A stretch of DNA of 64,000 bases, from positions 21,858 to 85,857 of the forward strand of contig JAUSKB010000011.1 of the NCBI GenBank assembly GCA_030647415.1, in the 5' to 3' direction. Both the position numbers and the translations under genes were made by a program. Position 1 is the stretch's first letter. Each line of letters begins with the position of its first letter. Under the pieces are notes generated by a model that saw nothing but the letters and a program-made list of their open reading frames with translations, made no database searches and was not told the DNA's origin. Of this stretch, positions 56,303 through 64,000 are shown piece by piece. The DNA comes from a bacterium. Its GTDB lineage: Bacteria > Patescibacteriota > Minisyncoccia > UBA6257 > GWB1-50-10.

Positions 56303-58813
56303 TTAGAGTTTTCTGATTATCTCCCAATTCCCCTTCTCGGCGAGGTCGATCAACACATCCATGTCGTCCGCGATACTCGGGAACGTGCCCTTCATGAATT
56401 TTGCGAGTGCCGCGAAATGCTCTTGGTCCTTTTGGTCAGCATAACGCTTGAGTGCCAGCGTGTAGGTCTCCTGGTCGAGCGCGACAGGCAATGCGCCGCG
56501 CATGCTCCGGTCGATGAGTAATATAAGTTGGTCGTTCTCGCCCAAGCTCGCATAGAGCATGCCGAGTGTCCGAAAATCGGTGTTCATGAGCGTGTTGAGA
56601 CGGGGATTGAGGCGTTCCACCTCGGCGAGCTCCCGCTTCGCCTCATCCTTTTGCCCGCCCGCGTCGAGCATGAGCCCGAGGTGGAAGTGGGCGCGCGCGA
56701 CACGGGTATCAAGCGCGACCCCGCGACGGGCGATGGTAATCGACTCGTCCACCCTCCCCTGTCCGGCGAGATTGAATGCAAGTAGGTAGAAAAGCTCTTG
56801 GCGGGTCGGCGAGAGCTCGAGCGCCTTCCGCAGGTACAGCTCCGCCTTCGCGTAGTACGACTCATCGTCGCGCGCCATCGCGTGGAGCATCGTCGCGTAC
56901 CGGATGTAGTAGCGCACATCGTAGACCGGCTCCCGATCAATCATCTCCTTGGCCCCGGCGAGCAGGAGGTCCCCGACCGCCTTGAACTTCGGGTTCTGCC
57001 GATACGGGTCGTACAGGAAGTACTGATCCTGGTAGATGTTGTCGATACCGACGCCTCGAATATCCTTTTGCGCATAGGTTGTCGGGTACATGCCATCCCG
57101 GAGCCGCGCCGTTACCTTCTTGATATCACCGAGGCCCGGCGACTCCTTGTACGCTCGCGCCTGCGCGTAGGGCAGGGCATTCACGAAGTAGATGCCGCCG
57201 ATGGCGGCAACAAACAACAAACAACAAACAACAAACAACGCATACCGACGGAGCGGGGATGCCGGCGCGGCAGAAACTGACGATAGCGATGCAGGCTCGC
57301 ACCCGCCTGCCCACTTCGCCGGAGCTTCAGCGAGGCGAGCTGGTGAGGTGGGGCGTGCAGCCCACGCAACAAACACCGCAAACGTCAGGTATGAGACTAC
57401 TTGGTCGAAGAGGACGAGATTTTGGACGACATACGAGACGAGGAAGCCGAGGAGAACCGCTCGGACCGCGCCGGCATTCCGCCGCCAGATCAATGCGCCG
57501 AGCGCGACGAGGAGCGAGACGTATGCCACCGTGCCAACGACCCCCTGCGTGACGAGGAGGTCAAACACCTTGCTGTGCGCGCGGTCGAGCCATGTCTCGC
57601 CGTAGTACGCGAATGCGGGGTCGTAATGGCGCTCATACGCGGTGATGTAGTGTTCTGGTCCCCACCCGAGTACCGGCTTTTCGAGGAATGCCTTCCAGCT
57701 GACTCGCCAAGTAATAAGCCGCGTCTCCGTTGAGGCGTCCGACAGGGACTCCTCCGCGGTTACCGCGAGGCGGTTCAATCCGGGAATCGACTGCCACAGC
57801 GGCGCCGTCCGCGTTGTCCAAAAGACGCCCGCGAATACGAAAAGTGCAGCAAGAAGCATGCCCGCGCGAATTCGCCGTCGCTGAACCGAAATATCACCAC
57901 GGTCGCCCCTCTGGAAAAGAGTGAGCACGAGCGCCACGACACCCCCCACCGCAAGGCCGAGCATCGCGCCGCGGGTGCCGGTGAGGAACACAGTGAGCGC
58001 GCCGAGGCCGATCGTCGCGAACGCAAACCACCGCCAGGCGCGCACCAAAAAGAAAAGGGGCAGAGGCGAGATGAGGCGAGACCTTAAAGGAATTCCAAGG
58101 TCTCGCCTCGGGACTGATCTCGCCTCTGTCTCTTTTCTTTTATCTTTTCCCCACACCGACATCCACGCGAACACCATTACAAAGAGGGCGTACGTCGCGA
58201 GGAAGGCGGGGTTCCCGATGAACGATTCGGCGCGATCCTGCGCATGGCGGGCAAATGGAACCCAGGTGATACCGAAGTGCTGGAAAAGACCGTAGAGAAA
58301 AACGACGAACCCGACAAGGACCGTGAGCTTGAGATACCGGCTCCAGTCGCGCGGTCGGAAAAGGGCAAGGAGGAGGCCGCCGAACGTAATGACGTGCATG
58401 ATGCCGATAACCCCCTCCCCTCGCTCGATGTCGCCCCAGAAGGCGCGATAGGGGTCGAGAGAAAACGCCATCGAGATGACAAGGGAAAAAAGAAAAAGGA
58501 TAAGGGAAATACCAAGGGGACTCTTAATCGCTTTCCACGCCTCGGCTCGGGACGGAAGCCCGATGAATCCCGAGGCGAGACGAGGCGAGACCTTAAGGGA
58601 ATTCCAAGGTCTCGCCTCGGGGTTGGTCTCGCCTCGCACCAACGTCCACGCGACAGAAAGCGCGACACAGGCGAGCGCGAGCTCAACGAGCGTCCGGAAG
58701 AGGGCAAGCTTCGGGAAGGCGTAGGGGAAAAAGACGCTCGAATCGATGACAAGCGGCACGAGCACGGTCGCGGTGAGAAACCATCGAGCGAGCGTGAGGA
58801 GACGGCGGGGCAT
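56303..58813 (-). CDS. O-antigen ligase-family protein with C-terminal TPR (putative O-oligosaccharyltransferase)
   Basis: FWGDIERGEG, SFIGNP, TRGA, ETRLITW, LGWGPE, DRAHS, TPRs. Start MPRRLL at 58813. Confidence 0.88.
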   Translation of the reverse strand: MPRRLLTLARWFLTATVLVPLVIDSSVFFPYAFPKLALFRTLVELALACVALSVAWTLVRGETNPEARPWNSLKVSPRLASGFIGLPSRAEAWKAIKSPLGISLILFLFSLVISMAFSLDPYRAFWGDIERGEGVIGIMHVITFGGLLLALFRPRDWSRYLKLTVLVGFVVFLYGLFQHFGITWVPFARHAQDRAESFIGNPAFLATYALFVMVFAWMSVWGKDKRKETEARSVPRRDLGIPLRSRLISPLPLFFLVRAWRWFAFATIGLGALTVFLTGTRGAMLGLAVGGVVALVLTLFQRGDRGDISVQRRRIRAGMLLAALFVFAGVFWTTRTAPLWQSIPGLNRLAVTAEESLSDASTETRLITWRVSWKAFLEKPVLGWGPEHYITAYERHYDPAFAYYGETWLDRAHSKVFDLLVTQGVVGTVAYVSLLVALGALIWRRNAGAVRAVLLGFLVSYVVQNLVLFDQVVSYLTFAVFVAWAARPTSPARLAEAPAKWAGGCEPASLSSVSAAPASPLRRYALFVVCCLLFVAAIGGIYFVNALPYAQARAYKESPGLGDIKKVTARLRDGMYPTTYAQKDIRGVGIDNIYQDQYFLYDPYRQNPKFKAVGDLLLAGAKEMIDREPVYDVRYYIRYATMLHAMARDDESYYAKAELYLRKALELSPTRQELFYLLAFNLAGQGRVDESITIARRGVALDTRVARAHFHLGLMLDAGGQKDEAKRELAEVERLNPRLNTLMNTDFRTLGMLYASLGENDQLILLIDRSMRGALPVALDQETYTLALKRYADQKDQEHFAALAKFMKGTFPSIADDMDVLIDLAEKGNWEIIRKL
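57208..57239. repeat. Perfect (CAACAAA)4.6 heptamer array inside the CDS
   Basis: Encodes LFVVCCLLFV within a hydrophobic segment. Confidence 0.9.
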
Positions 58814-58978
58814 GGGGTCAATTATGGAGGAAAAAGGATAAAAGAAAAGAGATGGGAAAGACCAGAGGCGAGAGACCAGAGACGAGAGACGGGTAACACC
58901 GAATACGGGCCCAGAGGCGAGACGAGGCGAGACCTTAAGGGAATTCCAAGGTCTCGCCTCGGGACCGGTCTCGCCTCT
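58062..58978. repeat. Three 66-bp GAGGCGAGAC nested-palindrome elements (58062-58127, 58571-58636, 58913-58978)
   Basis: Inner arms gaggcgagacctt/aaggtctcgcctc and outer arms gaggcgaga(c/t)/(g/a)tctcgcctc. Two copies are in frame in the CDS, one is upstream. Confidence 0.92.
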
Positions 58979-59161
58979 CCCGCGACACACCCCGAAGCAC
59001 GTTCGATATATTATTCTCCAAAATACCTGATTTATTCCTCGGCAGCGCCTTCGGCTTACGTATTCAAAACACAAACTATACCCTGAACGTGCAACGGGGT
59101 TCCCGTGGCTGAAACCTCGCCCCGCCAGCCGGCGGGGCTCGGGAAGCCACCGGAAAACTCA

Positions 59162-59189
59162 CCCCCCTCCGACCTAGGTCGGAGGGGGG
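59162..59189 (-). terminator. Perfect 28-bp palindrome downstream of the surface-protein gene (probable terminator)
   Basis: cccccctccgacct|aggtcggagggggg, 33 bp past the stop. Confidence 0.6.
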
Positions 59190-59222
59190 ATGCCGATGCA
59201 GTCAGTACCGGAAGCAGAAGAA

Positions 59223-62200
59223 CTAGTTGTTCTTCGTCGAGAACGAGTCGGACGGCAGCGTCTTCACAAACACGCTGTTCGCCCAGTCCGAAGTCGACTC
59301 CGTGTGACCCACCGCCGAGTTGTCCGACCAGATGAAGGACGGCGCACCGTCGTTGTTCGCGCCGCCGAGGCTGGTTTCAACAGCCGCGGCAGTCGTCGCC
59401 GCAACGAGCGTCGTCTCCGTCTGGTTGAGCTTGACCGACGCGTTCGCGCCGCCCGACCCTGACGCAACAAGGTCAGAGAAGGTGAGCGCAACTTCGTAGG
59501 TCTTCGATGAACCAGCCGCGATGTCCTCCGCGGTGTTCAGGATGAGCGTCACGAACCCGGACGTAGCAGGCACGATCGCCGACGTACTTGAAGTCGTCGC
59601 CGACGTACCCGAGAAGGCCGAGGCGATGTTCAGGTTCGAAGAACCGATCGGCTTCAACGTGACGTTACCCGACGTGCCCGGAACGGCGTTCACCGCCGTC
59701 ATGGTCGCACCGCTCATCGTGACCGCGAGCTGAACCTTCTTCCACGACACCTGCTCGGCAGAATCTGCCGCAACGGTGAAGCGGATGATGGGGGTCAGGG
59801 TCGCGCCGAGGGTCGCACCAGCCGAAGCGACCGTGATGGTCGGCTTCGTCTTGTACGCGACCTTCTGGAAGCCCGTCGCCGCCGTGACGGTCGTGTCAAG
59901 CGCCGATGCGCCCTGCGCCTCGAAGTTCGCGGCCATAACGCTCGCGTAGACCGAGGCACCCGAGTCCGCACCGTTCGAGAAGGAGTTCATGACTCCCTTC
60001 ACGACGAGCGTCTTCGAGGTGTCCTTCGGGATGTTCCACCCGAGGGTTTCAATCACCGCCACACCCGAGCTGTCACCCGAGGCCTGGACGGTGTATCCCG
60101 CCGCCGAGCCGACAGCCGCGCCGTTCGTGTCGTAGAGCTTCACGACCGGCACCTCGTCCGTAGACGCGCCCGAGGTTGCAGTCGCCGAACTCGTGGGAAC
60201 CACGAGGAGCTGGAGCTTGTTCACGGTCATGTCCTCGTTCGTCGCCGTGAAGCGGAACTTCCCGATGACGTTCTCGCGACCCATGATGACGATGCCCGCT
60301 TCGGACTCGGTGTCCGACGGAGCCGTCACCACCGTCACGTCGCCCACGTTGGCGACCGAGACCAGGACCGTACCACCCGAGTTCGCCGCGGTTCCCGTGA
60401 GGGAAACGGCGTTCCCCTCCACGTCGTACGCGGAGATGTTCGCAGACGAAACTGCGGCGATGTAGAACTTGTACACATCACCCACGGTGTCCGACGCCGA
60501 GACATTCCCACGGAGCGTGAGAATTTTCGTCACGCCTGACTCGATCGTGTAGTTCAACGAGTCAAACGTCGCGTCGATGTTCGTGGTGTCGAGCGACTTG
60601 AAGGACGAAATCCGGTTCGTGCCGTCGTAGAGCGCAAGGCTCTGGACGTCACCCGAGTTGAGCGTCCCACTGGTCGCCGAACCCGTCACCTTGATGGTAT
60701 CGATGCGCACCTTGCCCGCGACAGCCCGGAAGCTGAAGCCGGCGAGCGCGACATCGCTCTTGCCTTTCACGTAGGTCTGCGACGTTGGCGTCGAAGACAA
60801 CTGCGTGTCGAGTGAGAGCGCCTTCACCGTCAACGTGTTCCCTGAAATCGTGCTGTTCGGCACGATAACCGAGGTCGCGACGTAGGTGTTGTTATCCAGG
60901 TTCCGAACATCATTCGACTGGAAGGCGAGGAGGTGTACCCGCACGGTCCCGTTCGAGCTGTTCGTGGAGTCCACGTCAGCCGTAACCTTGAACCGCTTGG
61001 ATGTCCCGGCCGAGAGGTTGATGACGTCGGTGAAGGTGACGTTCGTGGACGATGCCGTCGTGACGTTCACCGCCGAGGTAATCAGCGAGTTCCCTGCCGT
61101 GTCCCACACCTTGAAGTCGTTGTAGAGCGCGATCGTACCCGTCGAGGAGACGTTGAACCGGAGGTTCCGGATTTCAACGTTGTTCTGCGAGGCAATCGTG
61201 AAGTCGTAGAGCATCGCGTCCTGCTGGCGGAGGGTGACGTCGCCCGTCACCGGACCGTTGAAGGTGATGGTGAGCTCGCCGCCCGCGACCGTCAGCGTGT
61301 CCGCCTCGCCAGTCGTGTCGATACCCGTGATGTCAGGAAGCACGGGGTAGCCGTAGGTCTTCCCGATCGCGTAGACATCCGACGCGCTGTCGAAGTAAAA
61401 CACGATGGTGTCCGCAGACCGGGTCGTACCCGAGATGTCCGCGTATACCTCAAAGGTGCGCTGCTGACCCTTCTCGAGGAGGAACGGCGTCGTGAAGTTA
61501 AACACGGCGAGGTCCTTCGCGCCGATCGAGGCCGCCGTCGCAACGACGTTCCCGCCCTGCTTCAACATGAAGTTAGACAGGTTTTCGTTCGCGATGGAAC
61601 CACCTTCGGTAATAGCGATACGCTGGACCACGATGTCCTCCGTCGAGCTCGCCTGGAGCATAAACTCCGCGAGCTTCGCACCCTGCTGACCCACCTTAGG
61701 GTTCGAGGGCGCAGCGCCAGAGGTCACGGCAACGCCGCCAACCACCTGGCCGCCGATGGACATCTCATTCCCCATGAGCACTCCGGTCGGGTTTGGCGTC
61801 CCCGCCGCGGAAACGAGCGAGAAGTAGTTCCGGTTCGAAGCAGTCGCGGAACTTGAGATATCCGCCACGAGCGAGAGGGTCTTCACGCCTGCAACCGCAA
61901 TGTTCAGGTTCAGGAAGGTGACCTCGTGCGTCGTGGAGTTGATGCTCCGGCCGTTGGTGAGACGGGTCATACCATCGTAGAGGTAGATGCCCGCCGAGCC
62001 GAAGTCGGATGTCGAACCGATGCCGAGCCGCTTGAAGGTGAGCGAGGAGAGCGTGCCGGTCCCCGAAACGTTGAATTTGAGGAAGACGACGCCCGTCGCA
62101 CCCTTCGGAATCGACTGTGCAATCGGGTTGTCAGCCGCGAGGCTGACGCTAAAGCCGGACGGAGCCGGGCCGGGGCCTGGGCCTGGACCTGGACCGGGGC

Positions 62201-62621
62201 CTGGTGTTACCACACTATTCATTGCTGCGCGGCTTATCGGACCGAAGTATCCCACCCAGGGCGAGATGTTCGCGTCCTTCTGCCATGCGGCGACCGCAGC
62301 TTTCGTCATCGGGCCGAAGAAGCCCGTTGGCGCGCTGATCTTCAGATACCCCTTGCTGATAAGCACGTTCTGCAACGCAGTGACGTCAGCTCCCTTGCTG
62401 CCGAGTGTGAGGTTCACGGCAAACTGGTATGACGACGCGGCGGGAGTTCCGCCCTGGTTCCCGAGCTGTGCCTGCAAAGCGTTAATCTGAGCCAGCAATG
62501 CTGCAATCTGCGCCTGGAGGTCCGCATTTGTCTGTGCGAACGCGGGCGCGACACCGGAGAGGGAAATGGCCGTAACGACCGCAATCCCGACCGATGCAAT
62601 CTTCGTTGAAAGCTTACTCAT
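59223..62621 (-). CDS. 1132-aa S-layer-like major surface protein with N-terminal PG-binding domain
   Basis: Signal peptide (MSKLSTK...PAFA), LQAQIAALLAQINALQAQL, GSKGADVTALQ..L...GFFGPMT, a (PG)n linker, then beta-rich Ser/Thr-rich domains; strongly biased codon usage. Confidence 0.85.
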   Translation of the reverse strand: MSKLSTKIASVGIAVVTAISLSGVAPAFAQTNADLQAQIAALLAQINALQAQLGNQGGTPAASSYQFAVNLTLGSKGADVTALQNVLISKGYLKISAPTGFFGPMTKAAVAAWQKDANISPWVGYFGPISRAAMNSVVTPGPGPGPGPGPGPAPSGFSVSLAADNPIAQSIPKGATGVVFLKFNVSGTGTLSSLTFKRLGIGSTSDFGSAGIYLYDGMTRLTNGRSINSTTHEVTFLNLNIAVAGVKTLSLVADISSSATASNRNYFSLVSAAGTPNPTGVLMGNEMSIGGQVVGGVAVTSGAAPSNPKVGQQGAKLAEFMLQASSTEDIVVQRIAITEGGSIANENLSNFMLKQGGNVVATAASIGAKDLAVFNFTTPFLLEKGQQRTFEVYADISGTTRSADTIVFYFDSASDVYAIGKTYGYPVLPDITGIDTTGEADTLTVAGGELTITFNGPVTGDVTLRQQDAMLYDFTIASQNNVEIRNLRFNVSSTGTIALYNDFKVWDTAGNSLITSAVNVTTASSTNVTFTDVINLSAGTSKRFKVTADVDSTNSSNGTVRVHLLAFQSNDVRNLDNNTYVATSVIVPNSTISGNTLTVKALSLDTQLSSTPTSQTYVKGKSDVALAGFSFRAVAGKVRIDTIKVTGSATSGTLNSGDVQSLALYDGTNRISSFKSLDTTNIDATFDSLNYTIESGVTKILTLRGNVSASDTVGDVYKFYIAAVSSANISAYDVEGNAVSLTGTAANSGGTVLVSVANVGDVTVVTAPSDTESEAGIVIMGRENVIGKFRFTATNEDMTVNKLQLLVVPTSSATATSGASTDEVPVVKLYDTNGAAVGSAAGYTVQASGDSSGVAVIETLGWNIPKDTSKTLVVKGVMNSFSNGADSGASVYASVMAANFEAQGASALDTTVTAATGFQKVAYKTKPTITVASAGATLGATLTPIIRFTVAADSAEQVSWKKVQLAVTMSGATMTAVNAVPGTSGNVTLKPIGSSNLNIASAFSGTSATTSSTSAIVPATSGFVTLILNTAEDIAAGSSKTYEVALTFSDLVASGSGGANASVKLNQTETTLVAATTAAAVETSLGGANNDGAPSFIWSDNSAVGHTESTSDWANSVFVKTLPSDSFSTKNN

Positions 62622-63004
62622 TATGTTGTTTGTTTTAGTTATTTTTGACTCACTCCTTTTTTTCCCATCTGGCAGAGTCGTCCAGACGGAATATATCGAC
62701 CTTTTTTCAGGAATCACCGCACGCGCTCGTCGTCGCAACTTCCCTGGAGTGAGGATCGGGAGTGCTGGAGCGCACACGATGGGCAGTATCAAAAGAAAAA
62801 GCCTCGCTTCGGGTGCTCCGAACGAGGCGAACAATGCCGCATGACGGCAAAACCCTGCCCCATCTGGCATCGGGGCATCGGGTCGCCGAAAAACGAGCTT
62901 CGCCTCACACGAAGCAGATGATACCTACCGCTCAAAAGTTCAGTCGTTTACAGTATTTTCAGCGGGTATCACTAGAGAAAACGACCGAATGACCGCATTG
63001 TTAC

Positions 63005-63105
63005 GGAGTAATCGCTAATAATGCGAATGTAACTCAAATAATGCGAATAAATGCGCATTTCATTCGCATTATTACTCTGCTATTCGCATTATTCGCGATT
63101 ACTCC
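63005..63105. repeat. ~100-bp inverted repeat built from AATAATGCGAAT units
   Basis: 63005-63028 and 63082-63105 are 23/24 complementary, with a second internal pair. Confidence 0.85.
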
Positions 63106-63878
63106 TAGATGGACCACGGAACCGTGGAGAAGAGGAGGAGCGTCCCGAGGACGCCGGCGAGGACCCCCTTCAGAACGGTCGTACGGGTAATCTCCCCGAG
63201 CGCCGCGAGGGAAATGGCCTCTCGGGCAAGCACGACGACCAATGTTGTGAAAAGCGCCTGCCCGAGCACGGTGAGCGGTAGAAGCCCGGCAATGAGGATG
63301 GTCTGGAACGAAAGGAGCGCGAGCACACCAGCGGCGAGTATGGCATGATGCCGCGTGAGGCGGGGAGACCGATGCCGAAACCGCTCATAGTACACCGCGG
63401 CGATGATTCCCACAGTCCCGAGACGGACCGCAAGTATCTGAATAAGATTCGCCGAGACGCCTACCGAGCTCGTGAGGAGCGCGGCGATGACCACGACCTC
63501 CATCGTGAACACCGTCTCGAGGAGCCCTGCCGTGAGGGAAGTGTGCCGAACGACAAGCCGGGCGATTGCCGATACTGCTCCCACCGCCGCGGCGGAGGCA
63601 ACCGCCCATACGAGGAGTGCGAGCGTGTTGAACCCGGAAACGACCGGGAGCGGCAGGAGCACGCCGAAAACTACGGCGAACCCCAAAACCGCGGCGCCGC
63701 TCCGCGGGGGTGCGGCGAGGAATACGAGTGTGAGGAGCGCCGCGGCGGCGAGGAATACGAGCCACCAGGGTGCCCCGGCAAAACCCACGAGCGCGAGTAT
63801 GAGCGCCGCGAGCGCCGCTCTACCGAACGAGTGCCACGGTTCGGTCCTTGGTAAGAATCGCCTGAATCTTTCCACCAT
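63105..63878 (-). CDS. Hypothetical multi-pass membrane protein
   Basis: Almost entirely hydrophobic helices. The start overlaps the Clp gene end, so it is uncertain. Confidence 0.65.
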   Translation of the reverse strand: MVERFRRFLPRTEPWHSFGRAALAALILALVGFAGAPWWLVFLAAAALLTLVFLAAPPRSGAAVLGFAVVFGVLLPLPVVSGFNTLALLVWAVASAAAVGAVSAIARLVVRHTSLTAGLLETVFTMEVVVIAALLTSSVGVSANLIQILAVRLGTVGIIAAVYYERFRHRSPRLTRHHAILAAGVLALLSFQTILIAGLLPLTVLGQALFTTLVVVLAREAISLAALGEITRTTVLKGVLAGVLGTLLLFSTVPWSI

Positions 63879-64000
63879 GCGTGATTTCCCCCTTCACAAA
63901 TCGGTCCGCGAGCGCGTCGACGATGACCTTCTCGATGAGCCGTTTCACCGGTCGCGCGCCGTAATTCGGGTCGAACCCGTGCTCCACGAGGTAGGCGCGG
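63820..64000 (-). CDS. 3' end of a ClpB/ClpC-type AAA+ chaperone (partial)
   Basis: Manual translation RAYLVEHGFDPNYGARPVKRLIEKVIVDALADRFVKGEI...*. Confidence 0.85.
   Translation of the reverse strand, partial: RAYLVEHGFDPNYGARPVKRLIEKVIVDALADRFVKGEITHGGKIQAILTKDRTVALVR

Noticed and set aside
62164-62204. Hexamer repeat as a mobile element or phase-variation tract
   Set aside because: It is a synonymous-variant (Pro-Gly)n linker that preserves frame.

Overview
A 64-kb cell-envelope locus, most likely from a Patescibacteria/Parcubacteria (CPR) genome. That assignment is an inference from the style of the peptidoglycan-binding surface proteins and the repeat content. Large secreted Ser/Thr-rich Ig-like/S-layer-like protein genes lie at both ends (1-8720 and 59223-62621). 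Between them are a ~43-kb mosaic glycan cluster and two O-antigen-ligase-family (putative O-oligosaccharyltransferase) genes, one of them split. The cluster holds a priming sugar transferase, two Wzx flippases, WecB, a GDP-heptose set (hddA/gmhA/gmhB/hddC), gmd, several epimerases/dehydrogenases, GT2/GT4 glycosyltransferases, methyltransferases and AsnB. Accessory genes are interspersed: HTH-Fic, DUF559 nuclease, AAA-DUF4143, and HD/NUDIX/NT5C/kinase/IMPase. The most unusual signals are sub-genic. (i) Several families of small palindromic and heptamer-repeat elements sit in frame inside otherwise intact genes and nest in each other. One family flanks the DUF559 nuclease gene and has invaded the neighbouring glycosyltransferase. 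(ii) A family of ~105-bp elements has co-varying ACCCTGTTAGA...TCTAACAGGGT arms and unrelated cores; copies abut start codons and bracket the glycan cluster. (iii) Orphan duplicated gene ends recur beside inserted DNA, suggesting a common integration footprint. No rRNA, tRNA, CRISPR array, integrase or transposase was recognised. All product calls come from motif recognition by eye, not database searches.
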